From the NCBI RefSeq assembly GCF_009914755.1, contig NC_060926.1: DNA of 64,000 nucleotides, one strand, 5' to 3'. The notes under the pieces are model-generated. The model did no database searches. It was not told the origin of the DNA and worked only from the letters and a program-made list of their open reading frames with translations. Position numbers and translations under genes: made by a program. This stretch comes from the human T2T-CHM13v2.0 reference genome, Homo sapiens. Below are positions 1 to 15,454 of this stretch, one piece after another. How positions within the stretch are numbered: the stretch's first letter is position 1; each line of letters opens with the position of its first letter.

Positions 1-338
<338 letters not shown>

Positions 339-355
339 TCATCTGACAAAGTAGA

Positions 356-1280
356 TGCAATCTACTCATCTGACAAAGGGCTAATATCCAGAATCTACAA
401 TGAACTCAAACAAATTTACAAGAAAAAAACAACCCCATCAACAAGTGGGTGAAAGATATGAACAGACACTTCTCAAAAGAAGACATTTATGCAGCCAAAA
501 GACACATGAAAAAATGCTCATCATCACTGGCCATCAGAGAAATGCAAATCTAAACCACAATGAGATACCATCTCACACCAGTTAGAATGGTGATCATTAA
601 AAAGTCAGGAAACAACAGGTGCTAGAGAGGATGTGGAGAAATAGGAACACTTTTACACTGTTGGTGGGACTGTAAACTAGTTCAACCATTGTGGAAGTCA
701 GTGTGGCGATTCCTCAGGGATCTAGAACTAGAAATACCATTTGACCCAGCCATTCCATTACTGGGTATATACCCAAAGGATTATAAATCATGCTGCTATG
801 AAGACACATGCACACATATATTTATTGTGGCACTATTCACAATAGCAAAGACTTGGAACCAAACAAAATGTCCAACAATGATAGACTGGATTAAAAAAAT
901 GTGGCACACATACACCATGGAATACTATGCAGCCATAAAAAGGGATGAGTTCATGTCCTTTGTAGGGATATGGATGAAGCTGGAAACCATCATTCTCAGC
1001 AAACTATCGCAAGGACAAAAAACCAAACACCGCATGTTCTCACTCATAGGTGGGAATTGAACAATGAGAACACATGGACACAGGAAGGGGAACATCACAC
1101 ACCAGGGCCTGTTGTGGGGTGGGAGGAGCGGGGAGGGATAGTATTAGGAGATATAGCTAATGTTAAATGACGAGTTAATGGGTGCAGCACACCGACATGG
1201 CACATGTATACATATGTAACAAACCTGCACGTTGTGCACATGTACCCTAAAACTTAAAGTATAATAATAATAATAATAAA
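356..1280 (+). mobile_element. L1PA (approx. PA3-PA5) 3' end: ORF2 C-terminus, 3' UTR, (AAT)n tail
   Basis: ORF 689-1060 is the ORF2p C-terminus (EIPFDPAIPLLGIYPK...HRMFSLIGGN); typical G-rich 3' UTR. Confidence 0.95.
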
Positions 1281-1449
1281 GACAGGAATAGTAGGAGATC
1301 CTACTGAAAATACTTGCCTCACTTAAAAGTAAATCAGTTTTTCTTTCACACCAAATGAGGATGAATATTTAGAGTTTCATGGATTGACTTTCAAATGAGA
1401 CATGTGAAGAACGATGACTTCTTTTAGATTTTAACAACCCAGTTTGATA

Positions 1450-2012
1450 AACACAACTTGAATGGACCTCGAGCAAATTATTCTGAATGCAAAAAAAGCC
1501 AATCATGAATGATTGTTTTTATGAAATTCTTTTTTTAACATTTAAATTTTTATTGCTGTATAACATGCATACAAGAAATGCATGTGCAAGGCATTCATGT
1601 AAAGGTAAATGAATTATGATATTCTTGAAATAACACAATTATAGAGATAGAGAACAAATTAAGGGTTAGGGATTTGGGAGGAAGGGTGTGGCTGTAAAAA
1701 GGTAACAAGAGGGAGCCTTGGGGTTATGCAATATTTCTGTATCTTCATTTTGGTGGCAATTGCATGAAGCTACACATGTGATAAAATTTCATAGGACTAC
1801 AAACATATACGCACATGTACAAATGAATGTATGTGTAACTAGTGACATCTGAATAGGCTCTGTGGATTAATACTGATGTCAAATTCCTGCTTTTGTTATT
1901 GTACAATAATTATGCAAGACGTCCATATTGGGGGAGGAAGGATGAAAGATTCATGGGACTTCCTATATGTTTTCTTTTAACTTGTGAATTTACAAAAATA
2001 AAGTTTCAAAAA
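1450..2012 (+). mobile_element. Old L1M (MC/MD/ME-type) 3' end fragment
   Basis: Degenerate L1M 3' UTR motifs ending acttgtgaattt...aaaataaagttt. Confidence 0.55.
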
Positions 2013-3415
2013 GTCCTACTAGATACCCTAAGAAATAAAGAAAACAAAAATCACAGGAATCAATGTGTGCATCATTTTAAAACGCCATGGTCAATTGTGG
2101 AAGAAAAATAGTATGAAATTTAAAAGTGATGCAAACCTCTCCTGTTTTTATGCTTTGACACCATTGACTGGTACTCCAATTGACCTTCCAACAGTTAACA
2201 GACTAGAAAATTACTTTTAATACTGTTCACATATTTGTCTTAACCCATTAGCTTTTTTAAAAGCTACATTCTAGACGTAGTTTCCCTTAGAAATGGGTTC
2301 TATAAACTAAATATGTGTATGCAGTCAAATTGTTAATACTTCCTTTTAGAAAACAGTGATGGTGATGTAGTCCATCATTTTCATTTTTGCTTTGACTCTT
2401 TGAAAGTTCAGAGCTAATAATCAGAAAAACACAAAAAGATTTACACACAAGCAAAAGGAATTACTTTCATACATGAATAGATAAGTGGGACAAAGATTTT
2501 TAAAATGTAGATGTGAAAGAGGAGTATTCTGTCACTTAGCCTGTCTGTAGTTCTTCTGTGGCCCTCTCTGTTTCAGTTTTTCAGTAATGAACCTGACATG
2601 ATTACCACATCTAATGCCCATTTAACTTCAGTCAGCTTATTTGTTTCTCAGAGCAGCCTGCTTATACTCTGCCTTCTTCCAACTACCAAAGCATCTCTGT
2701 TCCAGAACAATTTCTATCTCTTTAGTTTCACTAACCACCTATAGCAGATACTAGGAAATAACCTAGGTTTTCTTAAGGGAATGTAGTGTTCTATCTGTGG
2801 GCAAGACTGTGTTCCAATAGTTAAATTGCTTCCGTTTATTTAAATTCTTAAAATCTTAGGATCCAGAAGGAAATACTTGAAGAGACACAGCCTGCTCAAA
2901 TTCAACAGCCAGTAAGAAATGTGTGCAGGGCTCCACATTCCCTGTCCAGTGCTCCTTCCACATATATCCTGAGGTTGGGAGAGGAGGTATGCATATAAAT
3001 GATTGATGACATTAGCAAGTTAAATAATAATTTTTAATAAAAGGAATAATTATACTTTGAAATTTAATTGGCAGTAAAAGTACTTGAAAAATGTGATAAA
3101 CAGGAGAAATATAGTTTCTATTTATGTGTTTTTAAAATATCACATTTAAATAGGCATCATTATATAAAGTTTTTAATTATAAAAATATTTCTAGGTCTTT
3201 GTGGCTAGCAGATGATAGTGATGACTTACATTTGTCCAGTGCTTTTATCATTCCTCAATTCTTTTCATTTGATACTTGTAACGATCATGTAAAATAAGTG
3301 GAATTGGTTTTGCCATCATTTTACGGCCTAGAAAATTGGACTGTGGCCAGAGCCAGTGGAAATAATAGAATTCACATCTTCTGATGTTAAATTTAGTGCT
3401 TGTTTGACTAAATAA

Positions 3416-3808
<393 letters not shown>

Positions 3809-5430
3809 GAACTTGCCTATCTTAAGGGCAGGACACTGCAGCCCAAGGTGAATGTGAACCCTGGAAGTATAGTTAATTTTCTTCAGTTTACGGAACAAGG
3901 TGTTCCTCAAAATATAAAATATTATGACAGAAAAGATTTCATGAAAAATCACATCAAGCATTCAGACACTGCACAGAACTATTTAATGATAGTAGGAGTC
4001 TAGCTTCAGTCTAAGGGGTACTATCTATATTTGGTCATCTTTGATCAAACATATTTGAGAGAGCTTTTGAGAAGCTCCTTTGCAAGGAGGACCCAGGAGC
4101 CTTCTGCGAAAATTTGTTGAGGAAAGATGAAGATGTGCACAATATATTTGAAGTAAGAAAGCCTTAGTTCTTGGTTCTTGGGGGTGGGTGAATAGACAGA
4201 AGCATGATTCTAAATACAACATGGTGGCTGTCACTTGGTTTGGGTCCTCACTCCAGCCCCACTAAATGAATGTGTGTGCCCCAGCCTGCTGCCAGTCTTC
4301 GTAGCACTGTTGTGCAAACCAGAATAAGATGCCTGCTTTGGGCAGATGCAGCCCCAGGAGCACAAGACTCTGGCTTAGCAAGATGATGCTTCCTTTGTGG
4401 AAAGAAAAAGTCTTCTCATCTTTCAAGGAGATATAGGCTCTCACCAATGGCTTACCCAGCAGTACATTGGCTAACAGGCCCTACTCAACTCTTCATCTGG
4501 GCACAAATTGTATATCCTTACACAGTGTCCTGTTCATGGTACAAAATCATACTTTAACTGAAACAAATTTCTTTTAAACTGTAAATATTGATCATAGCAG
4601 TAGCATTGTGTAGGGACCCTTTAATAGAATTTAACATAAGGGTAAAGTGGCATTATCTTTTATTCTAAACAGAAGACTGTTATTTTGACATCTTAAGAGT
4701 TTTCAGTGGCTCAATAGGGGTAGGAGATAGTTGTGCCCAATGAACATGGCCAAATGCAGCAGATGCACATTGGCAAATTGTGGGTATCCAAAAAATATTC
4801 TGGTGACCAATGGATGCCTGTGGAAAATGGCAAGTACCCAGCAGATTTGGTAGTACACAGCAGGTGCCACCAAGCAAAGGCACATGGTGGTTCAGTATGG
4901 GTGCTCAGTATGATTGGCAGGAAGGATGTGCATGAATATCTGGGGATTCTTGGAAACACTGGGAGCAGAGTGACGGGAGTGAGTGTCCTTTGTAAGAGCC
5001 TGAATGTCTTGTCTCAATAAATTCGGGGATGGGAAACAGAACATTAGTGAAATTTGGCTTTTTGCTGTTATTGTCAGCCCATCTGTTCCCACAATCTGGG
5101 AAAGCCTAGAATAACTCAGGTTACACAAATAAAACATTACAGATAAACTGCTTAATGTAGCCCATCCTTCGTATTTTGTTTAAGGTCAATTATTAAAAGG
5201 ATTTTGAGAAAAAAGTGAAATAAAATGTGATTGGCTTTTGCTATTTTTTTTCAGAGTAGCAAATTATCCTACATCCAAATTGTTCTATGATAAATTCTTA
5301 ACATAAAAAGGATGTCTTTTAATATAAAAAGAAATAATCCTCCATAAATAACTTTAATAAAAGCTGAACAGGTGCAAGTTGACAAGGAGGTGATTGTGTG
5401 ATGGTCATTGCATAGGTAATATGCAAATAA

Positions 5431-5820
<390 letters not shown>

Positions 5821-6119
5821 TGATATTTGATTTAATAATTAATTCTGCAGAGGATGGTATGATGCAGTATAAAGACAGTGGTGTAGCTACACAGCCATCA
5901 TTGCCTTTTTATTTGAAAGAGGCAAGATAAAAAGGAATTGTATTTCAATAATAACTGTTGTTGAGTGGGCTGAAGTTGAGGGGGTAAAAGCCAAGAAACA
6001 GCTTTATTCAGCCTCACTACTCCCCTTAAGGTTCTCTCTGTTGATATCTTCCCTCTTGGTCAAAATCCTCCATCATTTACAGTAAATTTTCTACTCTTAC
6101 ACCATAAAAAACACTCCTG

Positions 6120-6425
6120 GGCCCACTGCAGTGGCTCACATCCATAATCCCAGCACTTTGGAGGCCGAGATAGGAGGATTGCTTAAGTCCAGGAATTCAA
6201 GTCTAGCCTGGGCAATATGGCAAGACCCTGTCTCTATAAAAAAATTAAAAAATTAGCTGGGTGTGGTGGCAGCACCTGTGGTCCCAGCTACTTGGGGGGC
6301 TGAGGCAAGATGGTCACTTGATCTCAGCAATTTGAGGTTGCAGTGAGCTATGATCTTGCCTCTGATTTCCAGCCTTAGTGAGAGACTCTGTCTCTAAAAA
6401 ACAAAACAAAACAAAAAACCAAAAC
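6120..6425 (+). mobile_element. Alu (AluJ-like)
   Basis: Diverged dimeric Alu with (CAAAA)n tail. Confidence 0.9.
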
Positions 6426-7454
6426 CCATTCCTGTTACTTTCAGTCAAAAGAAAAATTTTATCTTAGTAATTAAAATGTTCAATTCATTGTAATGACTCC
6501 AAATCCCGTGCAAAATGTCTCCCTTACCTCCAACTCACGCCTGGACAGCTGTAGTGAGAAATGGGCTCAGCCTCTTCTATCTTCCTTACTTCCTGTGGAC
6601 CTTCTCCCTAGCTGCTTTTTCTTAGCCTTGATGGACAGGTCTGGTAAGTGGGTTGGGGAGAGGATTCAGATAAAAGGAAAACAACTTTCAGTGGCTGGTG
6701 TGGTGTGGTAGAGCAGTGGTTTCCCTCTGGCTGTGGGGAATGCACATTTCATGCCTGTGGACGGCCATCTCCTCTGGCTCATCCTGCTGAGCTCTCAACC
6801 TCGAACTTCCAAGTCTGCCTGACACAGGCACTTTTTGAGTCTCAGAGGCCCTCCAGGCAGTGCTCTGGAGTGGGATTCAAAGTGATCCCAGATGACTACC
6901 TCCACAGGTCCACCTGGCCCAAGGCAAAACTCTGCCCTCTTGCCCTGCGCAGGAGGCAGTACAGTTTCCTCCTATGTACCCTTTTTCTCTTCCTATTGCT
7001 GCCTTAGATGCATCTCTAGGCAGAGACTTTTAAGGCCATTCAGACATTTTCAGAAGTCTAGATGGAAGACCTTAAGATTTCCTAACTTCAGGGGCCTGTG
7101 TCAAGTTCTTTGAGTGGCTCTCTTGCCAGTCCTCTTACTTGGTTTGATGTCAGTGGGTTGAAGGGTGCATGCACCCTGACAACTCTCTTCCATTTTCCAA
7201 CACAGACTCATTTATTTATTTTGGGAGACTGGGGATTATTGCTGCTGGCTGAACTGTTTCATAATGGCATAGCAAGTCCTGCAGAGGTTGTGGGATACTC
7301 GCCATGCTGTGCATGAGAAGGGAAGTTTTAGGGAAGTTTCTGTAGTCTCTATTTGTGTTAACAATAGGAGGTCATAATGAAGGTTGATTTGATGAGGACC
7401 ATGATGATAAGTTTTCAAGAAAACACTGTTCAGCATTCTATTAAGAAAGTACCC

Positions 7455-7770
7455 CAGTTAGTTTCTGTGGGCCTCTCTGAATCCATTCTCTGACCTTTCC
7501 TGCTTTGCTCTGTGGCCAGGGTCTCTAATATTTACAGACTCTAATACCTACACTCCCTTGTCCCTTGGCTTCTGGTTGGATTTTGTCAATAGAAGGCACT
7601 TGCAGCAGATTGAAATATGGGAAGCAAGAGAAGAAGGAGCATTCTCTTTTGGGATCTAAGGTAGTAATGGCTTCCTATTGTTGCCAGTCCCTGGATACTT
7701 TATTCTCTTGGTGTTTTTTTTTTTTAAACTATTTTCTCCTCAATTATTCCTTTTGAGTATCCATCTGAGA
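7455..7770. mobile_element. Probable old ERVL-class LTR fragment (LTR33-like)
   Basis: Motif ccttggcttctggttggattttgtcaatagaaggcacttgcagcagattg resembles LTR33; recognised by eye only. Confidence 0.4.
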
Positions 7771-7914
7771 ACCTATATATAATATATATTTATTTATAAG
7801 ACATATATAAATGATATTTTATGTATGTCTTATAAAAATATTTTTCCATACAAAAGAGCTACAATTTAAAAAATTGAAAACATTTGAGGTGGTTTAGGGG
7901 ATGAATGAGGGAGT

Positions 7915-8105
7915 CATCCTGGACCTTCTGGGCATTGCAGCTCTGCTATTTCCCAGTTGTATAATGCTGAGTAAGTTAGTTTATCTCCCTGAGCTTTGAC
8001 TTTCTTATATTTAAAATGGAAATAATAATACTATGTACTAGTAGCTCATAGGGTGATTTTAATCAGTAAACAACCAAATATATGTAAACTGCTTAGTAAA
8101 TTAAC
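7915..8105 (+). mobile_element. MIR
   Basis: MIR core (gagtaagttagtttatctccctgagctttgactttctt...aaaatggaaataata). Confidence 0.65.
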
Positions 8106-8132
8106 ATTATAGCCTTTTCGGTTATTATTTAG

Positions 8133-8445
<313 letters not shown>

Positions 8446-8473
8446 TAGAACTATGTATTTTTAAAACAGTAGA

Positions 8474-8627
8474 GGTCAGGCATGATGGCTCATACCTGTA
8501 ATCCTAGCACTGAGAGGCCAAGGCAGGAGGATTGCTTGAAGCCAAAGTTTGAGATGACCCTGGTTGACACGGTAAGACCCCATCTCTTAAAAAAAAAAAA
8601 AAAAAAAGCTGGGTGTGTTGGTGAAAC
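8474..8627 (+). mobile_element. Alu left monomer (FLAM/AluJ-like)
   Basis: Monomer consensus plus A-tail. Confidence 0.85.
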
Positions 8628-8666
8628 CAAGGCCTCATGCAAAATCAAATACTCAAAAAGTTTCTA

Positions 8667-8775
8667 GGCTGGTCTGAAGGTGGTGAGTTAGCTCAGTTGA
8701 TTGGTCACAGTCAGTTAAAGATCCAGTTCCTTGTTCTGCTCTTTCCCTCTTCTTACTATTGTACTTGACTAGTCT
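8667..8775 (+). pseudogene. Y1 RNA (RNY1) processed pseudogene
   Basis: GGCTGGTCTGAAGGTGGTGAGTTAGCTCAGTTGATTGGTCACAGTCAGTT...TTGACTAGTCT matches hY1 end to end with substitutions; A-tail 8776-8782; degenerate TSD AAAAAGTTTCTA / AAAAAGGTGCTA. Confidence 0.93.
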
Positions 8776-9096
8776 AAAAAAAGGTGCTATTGGAGGTTTC
8801 TAGACCCGCAAGCCATACAATCTGATTGGCTTCCTTTAGAATAAATGAAAATTAATGGAGGAATATGGAGAGGCTTCCAGGTCACAGGGAAGTTTGGAGG
8901 ACCAGGCTTGAAACAGAATTGTGGTGATTCCCAAATGAAGATGATCCCTAGAACATTTATCCCTGATACATTTTTACCTGACTGTTGCTCTAGAACGAAT
9001 GTCCTCTAATAATTTATTCTGTCATGGAATCACTTTGCTGAAGAATTCAGACACTAGAAGAAACTGTCCTGTTAGTATTGAGGTCACATGCTTACC

Positions 9097-9631
9097 TGTG
9101 ATAGTTAACTTTATGTGTCAACTAGGCTAGACTATCGTAACAGTTGTTTGGTTAAACACTATTCTAGATGTGGCTGAAGAGGTGTTTTCTGGATGTGATT
9201 TACATTTATAATCAGTTGCCTTTAAGTAAAGCAGATTAACTCCTGTAATGTGGGTGAGAATTATCCAATCAGTTGAAGGTCTTAAGAGCAAAAATGAGGA
9301 CACTTGTGGAGGAAGTAATTCTTCCTTCAGACTGCAACATAGAAATTCTGCCTAAGCTTCCAGCCTTTGGACTCAAAACTGTGGCATCAACTTTACTCAA
9401 ATCTCCAGCCTCCTGGCTTGCCCTATGCATTTCAGACTTGCTAGTCCCCACAATTGCATGAACCAATTCGTTAACTTCTATCTCTCTATCTATCTAGCTA
9501 CCTACCAATATATAGAGATAGATAGACAAATGGATGTGTGTATATCTACCTATCTAGGTATCTATCTATGTAGGTAAATAGGTATCTATCTCCCATTGGC
9601 TCTATTTCTCTGGAGAACTCTGACTGCTACA
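9097..9631. mobile_element. MLT2 (ERVL) solo LTR
   Basis: TG...CA termini; tgtgatagttaactttatgtgtcaact start and ctggagaactctgactgctaca end; internal TCTA simple repeat. Confidence 0.85.
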
Positions 9632-10859
9632 TCGTGCTTCACATCTTATCTGGACCACAGGAGAAAAGCTGTAGAGAAGGACCCAAGTCCCCTTTGGTGG
9701 GAGAAGAGAAGGCAACTCTATTTACTGTCCCACCAAGGTGAATGCAATGGGGGTGGAGGTAATTCCTCAAAGAAAATTAGGATGTGGTTAAGAAGAAGGA
9801 ACAGATACTGGAAAGTCAAAATCCCCCATATCCTCTATAGACATTATCTCTGCCTTACAAGAATCTATGTCTTAGCTAAAATAGCATATTACTAATCTAG
9901 TCATGAGATAGAATCTCAACAGCTATTGCCATATAACAGAGGCAGAAGGATGTGCTGAAGAGAACCCTAAGCAAAGTAAGGATGTACGAGTTCTGATCCT
10001 TATCTTGCCTTTAGCAAACTTGAACAAGTCTTTTAATAATTTCTGCCTTTAATTTCCTGTCCATATAAAATTGCAGATTCTAGAGAGCTTACATACTCTC
10101 TAGCATCTTATAAAAATTGCTTTATCTGGCATTTTTGTATAAATAAACATCCATGAGAATCTCCTTTCTAAAATTTATAAGCAAATCTTAGGAAAACTTT
10201 TCTGAATTTCTTAAACCACTCAAAACCACAAACATCCCACAACATGCTGAAACTCAGTTTACCTTGTAATTATTTATGTCTGGGTCTATTTCCCTATCCA
10301 GACTGTGAGCTCCTTAAGAATAAGACCATTTTTTACTGACCTTGGGATTCAAGACCCAATAGTTGACATATAAGAGATGTCTCGTAAATGTCTGGTGGTA
10401 GAAGAGGGAAAAGGAGATAGAGTAAAAAACAATTCCCACTAATATTTTGACAAAATTTTTCCCCCATGCTGATTATCTATCAGAAAAGTAAGTAAGTTTA
10501 TTTTAGTAAATCAGTTCATTCCTGTTGACCAAGATTTATTAATCATTACCTTTGGGTTACATTGTCAGCTATCGTTAACTATGTAATATGTGTTCTAAAC
10601 AGAGCCACAAACCATTGGGGAAGAACAGAAACTAACACACTGCCAATATAAGTGCTGTAAAAGCACAGAGATGTTTTGGGTGTGGGGAAGGAATAGGTTA
10701 CAGACATCTTCAACTAAAAGGGCATGAATAACTTGAATATTGAAGGATAAATGGATTTATCCCTATAGAGAAGTGGGGAAAGGACACACCTGATGGATGA
10801 AACAATAGGAACAAACGTATGGAAGTAAAAGTTTGGATCTTCTGTAGTCCTTACAATGA

Positions 10860-11110
10860 TGATAACAATGGCCAGTATCTAGTGACAGCTAGACACTATG
10901 CTAACTGCCTCTTGTGAATCATCTCAAATATCATAACTCTGTTAGGTAGAAATTTTTGTGCTCATTATTGTTATTCCTATATTACAGCTGAGGAATCTGG
11001 AGTTGAGTTTAAGTTAAGTAACTTGCCCAAGTTCATAGAACTAGTAAGACGTAGAATTTGGATTTAAACCCAGGCAGACACAATAATCCACTCTTAACTA
11101 CTACACTCTA
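10860..11110 (-). mobile_element. MIR
   Basis: ttacagctgaggaatctg...gttaagtaacttgcccaagttcatagaactagtaa core. Confidence 0.7.
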
Positions 11111-12430
11111 ATATGGATGTGTTAAAATAATTTGAGACTTGTATGTGTTATCATTAGTAATAGCATAGGTCTGTTGCCAGCTCATCTGCCTCTTTCACTA
11201 TCCTGAAAGAACCCACTTGTAATATGAGGAAGTCATTTAGAAACTTCTGGAGACTTCATAGAGAAAGCAAGAAGAGTCTCTATATTATATGTCCTATAGC
11301 AAATAGCTTCATAATCCCCTTCAGACTGACTCTCTTTGAAAGCCCCTCTTGCCTGTCAACACTCTCCATCAATCTCTGTCACACTCTCTGATGACAGAAG
11401 TTGTAATAGAACTAATGCAGTTCTATTACGTGGGCCAAATTTGCATGTCATGCTTATCTTTGTGCTCAACAAAACAAACACCAAAAACAAAAATCTGAAA
11501 TTAGTTGGATCTACCTTCCTTAGAAGGCAGTTCAGTAACTTTGGGATTGGACTCCACATTACATGCAGCACACTAAAGCATTTCTTAAAATCATATACAA
11601 TACTATTCCCAAGAACAGTTCTATTCTAATACGTTTCTTTATCTTATTAATCAAGCATGATTGGTAGAATTAAATGAAAAAGGAGATTGGAAATTGTGAA
11701 AAATGCTTTCATTTGTTGGCATTGTTTCCTGTCTGATGGAATATGCATTGGATTAGAGGAGTCTTCCTGAGACCATCTCCAGTTATAAATTATTTAATGG
11801 TTGTCCTGTACCAAAATAGCACCATTAAAAGAGAACCACCAAAGCATTTGCTTTACATAATTAGAGCTTGCAAGGTGAGATAAGTGTCAGTAATTAAAGT
11901 AAATTGAAACTTTTTCTTTGGAGGAGAAGTACTTTTTCCTGCTTTTTGAAACATGTTGATCCCATTCCACTTCCCCCTACTTCAAAGGCTTGGGTCCTTG
12001 TAATGACGTTCTCAGCACTGCCTGCTGCTCCTCCAGCAGGCTCAGCGCTCCTTTATTGGCTCTGCCAAAGGGAGTCACTAGAGACTAACTGGCATGCCTC
12101 CTATCCTTAGGCAGGCGGTTTTTCAGGGCTTTCTAGGTATTTGTGAAGAGACCAATTCTTGTATTTTCCTTTCCAAAATTATTTTATCCATGACAACATG
12201 GTATCATATATTTTTAGAATGACAGACAACCAGGTGACTCCCTAATTGTGGGTAAATCATTTATGTGAGTCAAAGTGTTAGTAGTTTACTCCCAATTTGT
12301 TTTATATTAAATTCCGAAGGGATCTTTGTGAGAGAATTAACCACAAATATGTAAGTTCTTTTATTAAAGTTAACCAGAGACATCAGATGTTTTATATAAT
12401 TATATATCTATATACATACAGTATGTACAT

Positions 12431-12462
12431 ACACACACACACACACACACACACGAACACAC
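12431..12462. repeat. (CA)n microsatellite
   Basis: Direct reading. Confidence 0.95.
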
Positions 12463-14775
12463 AGTAGCTGAAGCAAAACTAATAACACAGAGCAGTAAGT
12501 TACATATGGTCATCACAGTAGTAGCTAACACTTACAGAATAACTACTATATATGACAAACGCAGGCTATTTCACCTAATGCACATAGCTGGGAAGGTAGC
12601 ATTATCCCCGTTTTTACAAAAAAGGAAACAAATTCAGTGGGACTAAGTGGCCTGCCTATAATTTCTTATCTAAATCTTTTTGGCTTTCTAGTCCATAACC
12701 TTCTATCACAACACTCTACTCAAAGAGCAGAACAAATGCAAGTAACTTTCCTCGGTACTTTAAAAAACAGTAACTGAGCTGTCATTTGTTCAATAAACAT
12801 TTAATTGCAAATTGTATCTTTCTCTTCATTCCAAAAAGGATGAGGAACCTTATCAAAGCATCAAGTAAGCTCAATAGTTCACAAAAGAGAAAAGCAAACT
12901 AGATGAATTAAGGGGGATAAAGTTACTATAAAGTGTTTATAAAAGCTGTACTGCAAAGTGACCCAAAGACGTATACTAAAGAAAATCTTCCTTGACTTTT
13001 AATCTCAAGTATTAGATAATACATTTCCAGTATTTCACATTTTAAAATTGTGTTCTTTTATTTCATAATTGAATATCCAGTCAACCAACACACTGAGTAT
13101 GGTATTAGGGCTGATTTAATGCTTTATTGTACTTAATTTTTATCTTTCTCATTTTATTTTTCATTAATTGTTTATGGACTATCCACTTCTTATCCATACC
13201 ATAAGCACCTTTAATTTTCAATTTTGAACTTTTTTATAGGATATATACAAAATTCAATATCACATTAAAATAATTCTGGAAAGACAACAGTAGGGCAAAT
13301 TCACTGCACAAACCCAGATAATTTTGCTGGCCAAAGATGAACTATTACTTTGTAGGAAATGACACTGAGACAGGTGAAAACAGTCATTTGACTGGAGGTT
13401 TAAAAAGGTTAATTTACCATATGAAACATGGCTGAAGGATGTTATTGAATAGTTTTCAAAAGAGTAAATTGTACAAAAGTTAAACCTCAAAGACTTATAC
13501 ACAGGAATTCATGTTATAGAGTCTTGCATAGATGCTGGAGATGAGTTGCAACCATCATGGCAAAGAGAAATAATTATTACAAGGTTTACAATATCATGAA
13601 ATTGGAAAGAGACCCATTGTTTAGGACAACTTTTTCTGGTTCTGCGAGAGATTTTTTTGAAGGGAAAACATGTAATGTAAATACTTAATTTCTCTTTCTT
13701 TAAAAATCAAGAAGTGGCCACTGGGGAAAAATGTCTTTAGTGTATGCTTTTGTTTCCTGTTTTCCACAATATCTCTAATAAAGTTGGGACAGAAATTCAT
13801 CAAATGACAAGATTGACTTCTAAGCCTATCCAGGATTCTGGTAGTAAGCTTGTATTATGTACAGATTTTTTTTTGGTTTGCATTTAAGCTTAGCATAGTA
13901 CAAGAGAAAACACACAAAAGGCTGTGATGGCACAGTAATCAAGAATGGAATGGGATTTTAATTTTAATTATGGTTACAAACAGGTATTATGAAGGAGTTT
14001 TCATATGCAAGTTTGGTCACTGAAGTAAGGAAACCCACAATAAAGGAGTTCATTTTATTATTAGTTCCTTGCAGGTCTTTATATTTTCTATTATGTTATT
14101 ATAATAGTTCTCAATTTTGACCTTTTTCAGTTATAACAGAAAAACTATAATTTTGTTGGTTTAGAAAACTTCAGTTAATTCCCTTTCTATCTGGGTTTAG
14201 CAAAGTCAGCAAATAATGTGCTAGGTTCAATCTAAAGCCATGTAAATTTCAAGGGAAATTAAATCTATTTCTGATTCAGTTATACATTACTCATTGAAAT
14301 ATTATTTGGTGGAAAATGTTTGATGTCCAGAAACCTTATGATCCATTTTATTATCTTTTTTATTTGATGCAGGAAGTTGATTTTCATGGGTAGTAAATAA
14401 AGTTTATATCCAGAAAGATGAAGCCATGTAGTCTAACAATATGCTTATTATAATTTACACCACCAATATTTCCAAACAGATTTGATATGACTTACAGTAA
14501 AAGAATTTTCAATAGGACAGTTCAAAATAAAGGTAAAAATTGAGATGAAAAGATGTAGAGGAAATAAAAAAATAACTATATGGGGAGATTTATAAAATAT
14601 ATTAAATTTGTTCTGATCTTCCTGACTGCCAAGGCAAAAGGCAAACCAAATGATTTTTCTTGGAAGCCAACTCTGCTGCTTTGCTTTACCATCGTCATGG
14701 ATAGTACACACATCACATTACAAATGCACAGGCTCAGCAAAGAAATCAGTAAACCAGGAACATTGTCCAGCTATA

Positions 14776-15454
<679 letters not shown>

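Noticed and set aside
4733-5020. 95-aa ORF and overlapping antisense ORFs
   Set aside because: Non-ATG start, no recognisable domain or splice context; the region may be an old LTR-like fossil, which I cannot confirm.
7793-7836. AT-rich ~19-bp stem hairpin
   Set aside because: Within TA-rich low-complexity sequence and outside any evident transcript.
12056-12068. TTGGCTCTGCCAA as an NFI site
   Set aside because: Spacer is 3 nt; the NFI palindrome needs 5.
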